From the NCBI GenBank assembly GCA_051362555.1, contig CM120640.1:59622788-59686787 (forward strand): a DNA stretch of 64,000 bases. The letters run 5' to 3'. The position numbers were made by a program, and so were the translations under genes. Below, in pieces: positions 48,279 to 61,540 of the stretch. The notes below the pieces were generated by a model. It did not search any database. It saw only the letters and a list, made by a program, of their open reading frames with translations, and was not told the origin of the DNA. The stretch's first letter is position 1, and each line of letters begins with the position of its first letter. The DNA comes from Lingula anatina. Lineage: Eukaryota; Animalia; Brachiopoda.

Positions 48279-51200
48279 TGAAATTGAAATAATTTTGTTA
48301 TTATGTAATTTTGTAAAATTATAATTTCTATTTTCCACAGAACCTGCTTATATCACTAGGACTTGTTTTCCAGAATCAGAAGATACAAATTCTTACTGAC
48401 AAAAACTGCTTCTTAACACTTTGAAACTATTACTATTAAAACAGCCCATTATTAAACTGCCTAAATGATAGCCCATGTCTAACTAGAACAAAAAGATATA
48501 CATTAATTAAGAATCTAGAAAAAAAAATCAAATTTCAATTATTTGTTACATTTAAGTAAATTTTGTTCTTTTTTTATAACAGTTGTTGCTCGATCAAATA
48601 ATTAAGAAAATAATTTGAACAGTTTAAGTAACTTACCTCTATCCTTACTGTTGCAGCTTCTCTGCCATAGTTTTTTACTTTAGACAATCCATCACAGATT
48701 TCTAGCACCAGAGATTTGTGGTTTTGTCCCACCTGTATTCCATAGGGAAGTCCACGCGTACTGCTGTTCACAAACATCATTTTTTCACCACCTGCAATCA
48801 TGAAAGAGCAAGTTATTGAAAAGGCTAATACAATTTCAAGTCAAAAACTGAAATTCTCTTCCCTCCCAACCCTCATCCCATAAAATATAACAACAATAAA
48901 TATAATAAATAAAAAAAAATTAAAATTAAAAATAAATGATAAATAAATAAATAAATAAAAGTACTGGCAGCAAATATTCCTATATTGAAAGCAACATAAA
49001 TCAATTCAGATTACCCAAATACTAAGATATTTCAGGGCCAGGCAGTGGGATTTGACACGCTAATGTCTGAATGAAAAACTAAGCATACAAAGTGAAAAGA
49101 TCACTGTCACTTGTGCCTCGATGCAGTGAAACACATGGTTTGGACACTTATGATAATTTTTGTTTTAACCCATCCCCCAATATACAAGGTGTGAGAAGAT
49201 ATATTTTCAATGGCAATTCTTCTTCATTTATGTCTTGTTTAAGAGAAACATTAAATTGCACCAAATTATGAAAAAAATTACATACATGGACAGGTAGCTT
49301 TTTGTGAATTTGGTGCTCTATCATAAAAACAAACTGCCTTTAAGGACTTCAGGAAAATGGGAAAACACTTGGACAAAATAAAAACTATTTTTTTATAAGC
49401 TTCAGTTTCAATACTGACCTTGAAGCATATTAAAGTGAGGCAAGACTTGGAGGACCATGCAGTCTGATCCTCCCCATCGCTGATCACTCTCTCTAGGAAG
49501 AAATAATAGCCAATAATTTTTCATCATTCTTTACTTGAACAACATGCTGTAGCTTTCAGACATGTTGAAAAGTATTATGATTGCTTAAATAAGTTAACAT
49601 TACTATTATACGATCATGAACTAACAGTCATATAGAACTCACTTCCACTCTTCATCAGCAGCTATACAGTACACATTCTTGCCCTCAAATGACAATAGAG
49701 TTATGGTGGGACCCTTATAGGAAAACACATGGTTTTGGAACCTAAAGAGCATATAAATTGCATTTTCAAATAATTCTCGCATAAATATTTATCATGCATT
49801 CTTTTAAAAAATATATTTATCAAAAAGTTGTTACTGAAACTATCACATTTGTCAAACTGTGCATGAGGTTTTGAGGAAAAGTACCAGCACTGTGATTATT
49901 ATCATCTTACATATATAATTGTGCCTTTTGTAAATGGGGCATTCCACTGTGCATTTCCCAATATTTCAGTATTTCTAATCCCAGGAGAATATAAAGAAAA
50001 TTAGCCATACTGCACCTTATCTTTACTTTCTAGAATTGAATGATGTGAAGTTTTACAAAAAAGAAAAAATGCTGTAAGGGGGGATACTGTGGAATTGCCT
50101 TTGGTATATGCCTATATGATCAATATGTTAACATCATGATAAAATTGCATACAAAAATGTACCTGTTAAAGCTAAGCCCATGTTCACTACTGTTATATAG
50201 CTCCGTCCAGTTTTGAATTTTGGTGACATGTACCTATGTAGAAAATAATACGTTTTGAGCCTCCGCATGAGAAAAGATTTTCTTAAATTTAACTCCTTTC
50301 TGTGAAATGTTCTCCAACTGTTAAAAAATTTCAAACAATACATGAGCAATTTTGAAACAAGGACTTCATGGCTTTGAAAAAATGTAGGAAGTTATTTTAA
50401 TAAAATCTAAAGTCATGAAACTGTTAAGTTTACTCACCAGTTTATTCATTAGAGCAACTGGTGACATTTGGAGATCCATGATATTGGCATGTTTGGAGAG
50501 ATAGCACTGTGGCAGGACGCAGGACAGGGCCCACAGTGTAGACAAGGTCAGGAGGCCATGCTTAGCCAGCATTTCATTCAAATCTGAGGGAGGAGTCTCA
50601 TGCTGAAAGTTGGAACAAAATAATACTGCATATAAAATGTTGTTGAAAATAATAGTACTATATGTAAAGCAGAATATATGCACCTTTGGTACAGTACAAA
50701 GTAATCAGAATATAGCAAAAGTAGCATATACATGTACATGTATCTGAAAACTCATCAGTTTGGCCACCCTTAAAAAATAACTTGTTTCACTACTTTGGAT
50801 GCTGTGGATCCCAGCAGTAGGTAACATGTGCAACCCAGCCTGAGTTATCAGGAACTATTATTGCATCGAAAACAAAATGTCCAAAATAGATGGTGGCACT
50901 CAAGACAAACACTAGACGGGACATTTTATCAACTGCATGTTCATTTAGCAACTACTTTTCTTTGCTTTTTCTCAGACAAAACTGAATGAAATATTATTAG
51001 ACAATGAAACTGTGCAGAAAATATTAAATTATATTTAGGCTGGCCACTGGGATAACGCTAAATTATAGTTATTCCACACATTCATTATCCATAACTATCA
51101 TCACCGGGCATTGACCTAAGGCTCCGCCTGTAACTCATGCTGTAAGTGGTTGTTATGCTTGTTCAGTTACCTCATTGTGGTTTCTTATATGAACATTGCA

Positions 51201-51519
51201 CTGGTCACACCAGACAGTACAATCAATACATGCCAGCAAAGAAAATAAGGTTACTTATCTGTTATATAATTTCAATACCAAAAATATCTAAGTGTTGTCT
51301 GAAGAGCTTCTGCAAAAACAGCAGTTTTTGATACAATTAAATGTCTGCTACCATTGCATTTTTCAAAACATGTCAGAATATTTCAGGTTTTTCTAGTCTT
51401 TGCCAGCTGTCAACATCTGACCTTCATGCCAGTGTTATGCCTGGGTAATAGGTAACAAATACAAAGGACACATTTTGCTTTTTTACTGCTAATTTCTAAA
51501 CACAAAAAATCATTTTACA

Positions 51520-51586
<67 letters not shown>

Positions 51587-54500
51587 TAAATCTTTCCAGA
51601 TTTATACTTAAAAGTGTTTTCCTTTCTTTGAAAAACCAAGGAGAAAACTTTCAAATCTGAAAATAACTATAGAAGTGGATTTTTTTTGGCAAAAATCTCA
51701 TTCAAATTATTAAAAGTTGGCTTGCATTCATTAATTTGTATTTATTTTTTATTAATAAGGAAAAGATAAGTGGGGCAGGTAGGCAAGTCAATCCAGAAAT
51801 ATCTTTTGTTACAGAGGAAGTGTTCAATTTTGTACAAAACATTGGGTACGAACCGATTAACAGGTGTTCACATGGCCACTAAATGTACCCCCAACTGAGC
51901 TTACGTACTCTAGCCTTCACATTGAACTCCTTGTTTTGCTGGTCTTCACTCTTCATGAGGTAAGTGTAACAAACACCACATGTACAGATACAGGTATCCC
52001 CCTTGTATCTGTTGTTCACATATTTCTTTCTCAGGCGTTCACACTTAAACCAATTTGTTCCCTCTTGTTCCACCTCTCATTACAGTGCACTCAGATACAA
52101 CTATTTGGTGCATAATATACAATGGCCTCAAACCATGCCCCTTTTCAAGCATGTCAATAACCATATAAAGTTCACATGACACTTAGCCATCTCTCTGAAA
52201 ATTTGAAAATAATAATTTTTTGAGTTTCCTTTCTTATTCACTTATTATATATTTTACATCTAAGGAGTATCATTATTTTCAAAAGGAGACAGATACATGT
52301 GACAATAATGACAGGGCATTTTAGAAGGCAATAAACTTATAATGCAAAAATAAAATATACATGAAATAAATGTCATGTAACACCATGAATTATTCTTAAA
52401 AAATAAAAACTCCTTTTCAAAAAGTTAATATCTACTTCAATTTTTAAAATTCTCTGATTGATCTGAAAAACAGACCCTCATAAATCTGGGGAACATATCC
52501 AGGCCTAGGGTGACGGTGAAGAGTTAAGACAGCCATAAGCATGCAATTCAAATGCACTTTATCATTATCCTTTTAATGAAGAGCTCAGCAAAAGTAATTT
52601 AAATTGTCAACAACAAACTATCAACCACACTTGCATGGTAATTTCTTACTTGTATGAAGTCATTTTGGTGGGACAAAGGGGCAGCAATAAGGACTGGCCT
52701 GGAGGACTACAGGTAGCTGTTTAGTAATTAAAAAATAAATTTTGTCACTTAAATGAATACAGACATTAAAAAATCCAAGGCCCAAAAACTTACTATAATT
52801 TTGAGAAGCACAATTTTAATTTTATGCAAAATAACTTTTCTACCTGTTAATTTATTTTTATTTTATCTTCAAACTAAGACTCACCAAAAATATAGCATGC
52901 TTATAAAACTGCATACATGTATACAGGATACTTGTTTGTTTAGACCATCACAGTTGGCAGCCACTGTTATAACATGTATTATCTCCTAATAATAATGCGT
53001 TTGGCCACATGGTGATTGTACTTGTTCACAGTCATTTCGTAGGCTCACGTTTCTTTCTATACACGTGCAAGGTTGTGTGTAAGGTTGAGGGACTAAAATA
53101 AGACAGGGGAATAAGTGCTGGTTCTTTGGAAATGTGCAAGTACATGCAACAATGTAAGACTTGATCAATGGGCTGTGAAAAATGCTATGATTTATTTGCA
53201 ATAAATGCATAACTGACAAGACATGTATGGAAGTAAATAACCTTTTAGGAGATGGTATCTTACCTGACCAAATATATAATAGTCCCTTCATTGTTTTTTC
53301 TTATCATTTTTTGCAATACACACCCTATCTTAGAGAACAGGAAGCTAGAACAAACAAATTCAGAGCAATTTTTACAAGCTCAGCTACTTTTTAAAACTTC
53401 ACAATACATTTATTTTTATTATGAGGCAATATCTAGAGGCCTTGTCATTTTGTATCATGTCAAAGCCTTTAATTGTGAAGCGGATCATTCATCAAGTTTG
53501 TCATCTTTTTTTTTTACTATAATTTCCAATTTTGTAAAAAAAGAAAAAATAAATCCATAATGGAAAATTAATTTTTGATAAAAAAAAGATGTTCACATGA
53601 GAAAGCCTGTTACATCTCCATTTATAATTTTCATGTCTTTTCCATTGTTTCAGTTTACTGAGACTTTGATAATTAGTAGTGGTACGATGTGTAACTGCCT
53701 TGTACTAATAAAAGAACTTAGAGCAAGAGCTTATTTCATCAGTATTAATAACTAAGACTTGATAAAAAAAACTATAAATCAAGTTCTATTATATTTTTTC
53801 AACAAAAATGCAATCGAAGGACTGAAAACCAAGAACCAATGGTAAACAACCATATTAATAGGTAATTATAGTAATATCAAAAGGTTCTGTACAGCTGTGA
53901 GGCACTAGAAATGCATTTAATCAAATCACTTGTGTAATTTGGTGCCTGTATTTACCACCACTAAATTGCTTTCATAGCATGCTAGATGACCATCTTTAGG
54001 TTCTGGAAGTAGCCATGTCTGCAAAACTATCTCACACACAATACATGTACTTCCAAAGCCAAAACAAATCTAGTTGTTTTCCAAAACTGATTCAGAATAG
54101 TACCAATTCATTTTTTACAAGAAAAAAAAATCAGTCCCTTTCTACCTGTGTTAATATACATCCTGCCTGGTACAAACTATTGGTTTGCTGTGTAAATAGT
54201 GCAGGAAATATTAGTGAGATTAACACTAATCATCCAAAAATTACCAATAATTTCTCTTAATTTGCTATAAGCATAAGAAAAACTAGGATTACTTCCACTA
54301 GTAGCTATATATTTTATTATCCCTGCAATGGTATATTTTTATGACCAGCTTGGAGCAATGAAATAAATGCATATTCTAAAGGAATGATCAGGTTCTCAAA
54401 CTTGTAGCTTTCAATAAAGATTTCTAAAACATTTCCGTTGTTTGAAAGGTTGTACTTATTTATCAGGAATACATCATTCAAGACTTATCTTAGGGCAATC

Positions 54501-57500
54501 ATTTTTTAATATATTTGAATATATTATATCTTCATTCATAATTTGACCCCACATTGTTAGTGTTTCTCCATATTTTCCATCCTGGCCCACCATAATATCA
54601 GATGTTAAAAATCAAAATCCATAAAATGGGGATAATCTGATAGTCATATTACATGATACAAAATCAATATAGCTACCAAAACAAGAAAGTGAAAAGGTCA
54701 TGTTAAAAACATGATGTGACCTCACTGAGGCTTCTGCCAAGCAGGCCAAACTAAACAACGCAACAATTTTAACTTTGCAAAGAAAAAAAAATGAATGGCC
54801 TGCTCACACCCTCCATCACTTCCAAGAAAGTGGATAAAAAGGCATGAGTATCCTTTCCAGGTCAAAACAACATAAGCCAAATGTCACCTGTGCTGGATGA
54901 AGGTGCTGATATTAAGACAAACTTGTGCATCTTTTTTCAGGTATCTATTTTACTTATACCCAAATTAATGATGTGTAAACATTTATAAAATGTATGAGGT
55001 GGTTTTAAAGGTTTATGTACTGTAATTAATCACATGGCCTTGAGATTAATACCATTTAAGATGGTCATCAACTTTGGTCACATAAACATGTTTGTATGGT
55101 ATGGCTCCCCAAAAGATGGATCTGAACTCACTGACAATATATTTCTTTGATAAAACACAATGTCTGCATACAGATGCCCCAAACAAAGGAAATATGTCTT
55201 ATAAAAAAACACGCCAATGGACAATAAACTAGCATTTTATTTTATGCAATGGCCAAATATATGTTTAGATGCAATTCTGAAGGAGAAAATAGGTATGATT
55301 GACCTTGGTTTTATTAATACAACAATATTTTCATTTCTATTTATAAAAAAAATCACCTATTTAAAAAGAAAAATTAGATGTTGAGTACCATTTGTTTCCT
55401 GCTAGACACCAGTGTTGGGTTTTGCCAGGACAGGGCAATTATTCACAACCTGACCTTGACAGAGATTAATCAACTAAGGACAACAACAAATGAAAGTAAA
55501 AGAGATCCAAATAAATTGACAAGTCAATACTGAAAAAATACAGAATCAATTATCATCAAAAAATTACAAACTGACAGAAAAAAAGCAGGTAAAATTAGGA
55601 AAGGTGTAGGAAGTACAGCAATTACTTGATCTTTTGGGCAAAAAATGATAAATTTTTCAGATTCATAACTTTGAATGTAAAAAAATTATATTTCTATATT
55701 GCATTTGTGGTATTTTTACTGCATAGCATATTAAAATAGAGGAGTGCTTTTTAGCTTTTTAATTCCGTTGCCACTACTCAATTAGAATGTTCTAATTATA
55801 AGAATTTATGACTTGAAAAAAAATGCAGTATCTGTTAAATTCATAAATTTCCTCCACTGAGAAGACCGAGTCATTACCTTAGTTTACAATCATCATACAT
55901 ATTTTACACACGCACACAAAAACACACACACTTTTAATCCATTTATATCCAAATAAAATAATAATATGTAAACAAGGTCACACAATCATCACAATATATG
56001 TACAGTGTATATTATGTCTCCCATTTTTCTAAATGTGAGGCTATGTTCACTACAGTAGGTAAGGGCATCATCAACAAAGCTTCAATGTGAGCATACAAAA
56101 CGCGGCAAGACAGTTCCTCTGGTTTAGCTTGCAATTGGCCAATGAGAAGACAACTCTGCAGGCAGGTAGTTTTCACAAAAGACAAAAAAGTAATTAACCT
56201 CTCAAATGATACTTTAACTGTAAAGTATTGCCCTCTTTGGATCCACCCTGTTCTGAGTACAGGGTCACTTAAACCTGAGACCTCATGATAGATAGTGAAG
56301 GAAGTAAAGACAACAACATTCTTTCAGAGTGACTTCATGTAACAAATACACAGTGTACTGCACAAGACTGAACTGTCACAGACATCCCTAGATAAATGTG
56401 TGAGAACATGTTAGAAAAAAAAAATAGTGACAAAAAAAATTGCATAGGCTTTGTTTTGTGTGACAGTCTGACAAATGAATTGACAGTCCTGATAATGAAC
56501 AAAAATAAGCATGTATAACACAACACCTTACCACAGTTTCTGTTCATTCTTATGTTAATTTAAAAGTTTTGGTAATTGTATCATAATGATGCATTGCATT
56601 CCTTCTTTTTTAATGTTCTAAAATCTTTGCAAACTTAAACAAGTCTAGATCTAAAACACACCATTTTAGCAGCATGAGAATAAAGTTAAACAGCAAGATT
56701 GAGCAGAATGGAGATCTATGAGACTTAATAAATGAATGGTGTTAAAGAAATTAAGATTTAAACTCACTATGATTGTAGCTACAACATAAATCGACTTTAA
56801 CTTGAGAACTTTAATATATTAAATGGCAAACTGACATGCATGTGTATATGAGAGAGAAAATAGTTAACATGTTTCATTGCAAATAAATAAATGAATAAAA
56901 ACTATCTAGAAAATAACTTTATTTTCATTGGAATAATAGGTATTTTTCAAACGTAACATGCTTTTGAATGCAACTTAAGCTTACTTCACATCTGAAAAAA
57001 AAAAAGGTAAAGCAAGTCATGGGTCTTCATACTCATTGTCTTTTTTTTGATTGTGTGAATTTTGCAAATGATGTTACCTTGTGAAATCCAGAAGGATGTC
57101 TGGTAAGGATATCCATGAGCCAGCTGTGCACACCACTGAATATATGTGGGCAGTGCCGATTACTCCAGACACAGAACTGCTCATAGGTCATGCTGTCACG
57201 GGAGCCAAACTGAAGAAGAATATTGTTTACTTCAATTAATCATTATTCATGTAGCCCATTGAGTTTTCACTGTCCTACACACAGTAAAGCCTGAGGCAAG
57301 AAGTGTGGATTTAGCATAAAGGTTATTGAAATGAGCATCAATGAAATTTAATCAAATCCCCTCAAGTAAAAAACATCAAGTTTGTATTCCAACTGTAAGT
57401 GTGCTTAAGAATTAACAGCTTAGATTAATTCTTATTGGTGAATAAATTACAACTACTGACATCCCTTTCAGCATTCCTTTTGACTAAAAAAGACAACAAA

Positions 57501-60500
57501 GACAAAATGTTCATGCCAGTCTTGTTCTCAGATGCATAGTGTCAAGAATGTTGCTGCATTTTGATCCAGGCCATTGTATATAAACCTCTTTTTTTATTGA
57601 CTACATATGCCTAGGGGCATTTTGATAAGGAACAGAAAACGGCAAACAGGCACATTCTTCCTGGCATCTTTTCATGAAATAGCAGCTAATAAGACAATTA
57701 TTTTGTAAATCTTCTTTCAAAATGCTACTCAGTGTCACTCTTCATACTTGTTATAGCTACCACTTTTTAGTTAAAAAAATTACTTCAAGGTGTTAACTCA
57801 TCTTTTATTTTTGTTTGGCTGTAGATTTAATGCAAGAAAACATATTCTACATATGTAGTCTTGGTAGAATTATTCAGTTTTTCACAAACAAACATCTCAT
57901 CATAAAACCATGCAAACCAGCATATAACCAACAGGTTCATGTTGAAATTAGTAGTCTTGATTTCTCTCCCAATTCATTCCTATTCAGTGTCCTTACCATG
58001 CTCTTGACAAGTGCCTCCAGGACAGGATCATCATCTTCACATTTATGGTAGGGAAGGTGTGCAGCAGCCAGTGCCAGTGTATATGACACCTCCACCATTT
58101 GACGACCATCTGGGAATAAACAGATGAAAAGTATAAACACTATAAAGGAACCATGATAAAAGGACTATTTATTAATCAAAGCACAGAGGCAAACTGAGAG
58201 ATAACTGCAACATAAAATGTCCCTCTGACCACACGGTGTTTATAGAAAAGGTGTATTTTTTTTTAAAACAAAGCACAAAATACACAAAATCTTAGCAAGT
58301 CTTACAAATCCCTGGAGTCGTTCTCCTTGAAACATGAGACCAGGCCTTAACCTCTAACGACACCTTGACAATTAAACTTTAATGTCCCTTGTTGCTCACT
58401 CCTTCCTGAGTTACATTATAACAGACACTTGTTTAAAAATCACCTTCTTTGGCAAGTGTATCTCTTCCTTTACTGAATAACTTAAAGTAGTATTTCATGT
58501 GTTGTTCTTCAGAGAACAGTTGCAGTATTTCTTTGCAGACTTTCTTGAACTGCTGTTCACTGATGTGTTCTGGAGCATCATGGCGGCTCTTCTCTGCTTG
58601 CTGGATGGTGGAAAACAGCAATTTGCCCAGAGTCTGCAGTGGCCCATTGAATGCTTTCTGCAACACATCATGACATCGTCAGTAAACACATAATAAAATT
58701 ATTACTTGTGTCAGTGACTTAAGTTAAAAGTAAAAAATGAACATGATGACAAATTGACCCTCACAAACTGACAAAGACCTACTCCTTCAAAAAAAAAAAA
58801 TCAAATGTAAAAAATGCATGCATACTTATATATTGTAAGTGGCTAGTGTACTTATGAAGATTTCAGAAATTGTGAATGCAGTGCTGACACAAGGAAAAAA
58901 GCTGTATTCATCACGACACTACATTAAAAATTTCAACATATCCACATCACTTATATATTTCTTAAATACCATTGTACATCTTATAGGTACATATGATTAT
59001 CCATAAATGGCAATAAAAACACAAAGACATTAGGACTTACATATTACTCATCTGTAAAAAGACATGACACAACTTAAAAATGTAAGCAAGTCATGCTCTT
59101 ATATATAACTTGAATCATAAACTTAAGTGATACAATAATAAATTGCACTGCTCCCATGTTATGACACTTTAAAATCTTGCTTTATGAAGGCAACGGAATT
59201 TAGGGCAATGGTTTACATTTCTTCATTATCCTTTAACAAGTTCAACAACTATGCCAATGCCTCAATAATAAACAGGACTTTTAACTTAATTTAAATGACT
59301 GTGAACAGGACTTTCAAGAGAATACATGAAGAAGAAAAAAGCCTTCCTTGAACCCCATCACACAAAAACTAAGTGATGTAGAAGAATTAAATAAAACATT
59401 TACAAAATTTCCTAGTGGCAAAATTTACAAAATAAGTCATTATTCTTTTGAATTGTGAAATTCATTCAAAAAAAAAAAAAAATTGAAAGAAAAGAAAAGC
59501 CTTATATACATTTTTTTCTTAAATACTCCACATAAACAAAAGAAACATTCCCTTCCATTTCTTATTTGATTAATTGTTCTAACTCCTTTTCAGAAAATCT
59601 AATAATGTTGTGAATTATTCTTAAATAGTTCCCCATCAGAATGCCATTATATCAGAAAAAAAGTTTACTTAGTACCTCAAAAACTGCTCTGGAAACTAAA
59701 CCCTCCTTGATGCTAGCATCATCTTGCTTTGATTCAATCTCCAACTTCTGTAAAAAATAATAAAAACACAAAACTGAAGAATTGTATTTAAGATTATTAA
59801 GGTTATCAGTCTAATGCCATCAAATGCCCATTCAATGTGGTTTCTTTCATCTGGACTCAAATGGTATTTAATCTCTCAGTCTCATTTATTTATTCTGTTT
59901 TGAAACAAAATACTACAAAGTTCTATTCGTTCTTTTATAATTAACAGCCAAAAATGTATGTGAACACAAGTAAAATGCTACCATCTACTAGTAAGTTCAG
60001 TTACTAAGATCAATGCAATTCCTGCCTCTGCACTAAACACGAGGCATTCCCATCAGTGCTGCACCTTTATGTACCCTACTCATACCCTGCTTCCTTCCAA
60101 GCAAATTAAGCAAACATTATTAGCCAGTCAAACCTGACGTCTACCATAACTGTTAGTACAGTTTTCCCTTCATGCAATCAAGGAATTTTATCTCTTGAAC
60201 CTACTTGATGCAATAAACCCAATTCCATATCTAAAAACTGGAATCAACCAGTCAATTTGTCTCCTACCTTAATAAAATCATACAGACATTGGCGATCAAT
60301 ACAGTAGCTGGGGTAGTTAGATTCCATCCCACAACCAGTGTACTGCATACGAATAACGTGCTCAGTTTTGGATCTTCGGAGCTTAGATATTGGCTTAGAA
60401 TTCACCAACAGATTTTTCAAATCACTTGCTGACTTGTTGCTAACTTGGGATAGAGATCTTATCAAAGCTGGCTTGGAAGACATTAGGTTATGATCAGGCT

Positions 60501-60561
60501 TCACTGGAGAAGTTTGACAGTGAACATCACCCTCCAACAGGTTTCCTGTAGTATTACCCAT
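47625..60561 (-). CDS. TLDc-domain protein (MEAK7/Rtc5-like architecture), 12 exons, about 529 aa
   Basis: Join on minus: 60561-60268, 59747-59676, 58657-58444, 58109-57997, 57209-57078, 50602-50438, 50233-50163, 49741-49643, 49492-49419, 48791-48637, 48059-47967, 47732-47625. GT-AG, 1590 nt in frame. TLDc motifs WTELYNSSEHGLSFNRF..HVFSYKGPTI, IEVWGC; C-terminal W.ETPDRQLLE; N-terminal MGN. The first exon is the least certain. Confidence 0.9.
47967..48059 (-). CDS. TLDc protein exon
   Basis: ttcag|VWGCAGIAMKQAQLKQRAWEKKEAEKLSQRK|gtacac. Confidence 0.92.
48198..48274. repeat. (TA)n microsatellite
   Basis: direct reading. Confidence 0.95.
48637..48791 (-). CDS. TLDc protein exon
   Basis: tgcag|GEKMMFVNSSTRGLPYGIQVG...TVRIE|gtaagt. 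Confidence 0.92.
49419..49492 (-). CDS. TLDc protein exon
   Basis: cctag|ESDQRWGGSDCMVLQVLPHFNMLQ|gtcagt. Confidence 0.92.
49643..49741 (-). CDS. TLDc protein exon
   Basis: tttag|FQNHVFSYKGPTITLLSFEGKNVYCIAADEEW|gtgagt. Confidence 0.92.
50163..50233 (-). CDS. TLDc protein exon
   Basis: catag|VHVTKIQNWTELYNSSEHGLSFN|gtacat. Confidence 0.92.
50438..50602 (-). CDS. TLDc protein exon
   Basis: ttcag|HETPPSDL...LWALSCVLPQCY...MNKL|gtgagt. Confidence 0.9.
51523..51586. repeat. (TG)n(TA)n compound microsatellite
   Basis: direct reading. Confidence 0.93.
57078..57209 (-). CDS. TLDc protein exon
   Basis: ttcag|FGSRDSMTYEQFCVWSNRHCPHIFSGVHSWL...FHK|gtaaca. Confidence 0.9.
57997..58109 (-). CDS. TLDc protein exon
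   Basis: cccag|GRQMVEVSYTLAL...LEALVKSM|gtaagg. Confidence 0.88.
58444..58657 (-). CDS. TLDc protein exon
   Basis: tgcag|KAFNGPLQTLGKLLF...KYYFKLFSKGRDTLAKE|gtgatt. Confidence 0.88.
59676..59747 (-). CDS. TLDc protein exon
   Basis: tacag|KLEIESKQDDASIKEGLVSRAVFE|gtacta. Confidence 0.82.
60268..60561 (-). CDS. TLDc protein first coding exon (putative)
   Basis: MGNTTGNLLEG...CLYDFIK|gtagga; phase 0, compatible with the next exon. Confidence 0.65.
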
Positions 60562-61116
60562 AGTGGACTAAAGTGATGCACTGAGCTGCCAGCTATGATA
60601 ATGCGACTAACTCTCCTTGTCTGAGCACTATATACTGACCTCCCCTGTCCCAGCCACCACGTGACTATAGGTTAGATCTCGCCATGAATCATGAATGGCA
60701 CAGGTAGGCAAGGATTTACAGGTCTTACTTGACTGATAGCAAATAATTGTCTTTGCCTAAAAATCTTTCAAATGATGTAAAATGCAGCAAACTGAATTTC
60801 TTTTCCTTTTTTTAAATCTATATTGCTCAATTTCATCACAAAGTCATAGAAAACAAGAATATCAATTTGAATAGACAATTTTTTTGTTTAATACATGAAC
60901 ATGCATGTATATAAATTACTATGCTAAAATATATTACTAATCCAGACATAAATCTTATACTAGCCAAACAAAACATCATGTACCACTGCTCAGAAAATGA
61001 CTACATCATTGTGGTCATATAGTGCATTTTACTCTATAGGTAGGAAAGTCTGCTTCAGGTAATTAAAATGCCAAGGTCACTCTAATGACAGCACTTCCTT
61101 AATGAATGATCATTTA

Positions 61117-61540
61117 GGGTGCATTCCCAGAGATTTAGATCAATCCAGAGACTTAGATCAACCTAACTCCCTGGGGGTTCACGCTAAATTGCAGTCAGCC
61201 TAGCGCGCACCGTAGTTTATTTCCCCCTTACAGCTTTTAGTACGCGGGACAGACGCTTAAGCCGGCTAAGCTGACAGTAATCTAGTGAGACTACCCACAG
61301 GGATAGATCGATCTAAAATCTATGGGAATGGGATCTAAGGATGCTTTCCCAGAGATTTAGATCCACCTAACTCCCTGGGGGTTCACGCTAAATTGCAGTC
61401 AGCCGAGCGGGCACCATAGTTAATTACCCCCTTACAGCTTTTAGTAGGCGGGACAGACGCTTAAGCCGGCCAAGCTGACAGTAATCTAGTGAGACTCCCC
61501 ACAGGGATAGATCAATCTAAAAATCTATGGAAATGGGGTG
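61117..61540. mobile_element. Tandem dimer of a PIF/Harbinger-type MITE
   Basis: tta|61117-61335|taa|61339-61540|taa; both copies are reverse complements of 9887-10111. Confidence 0.82.
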
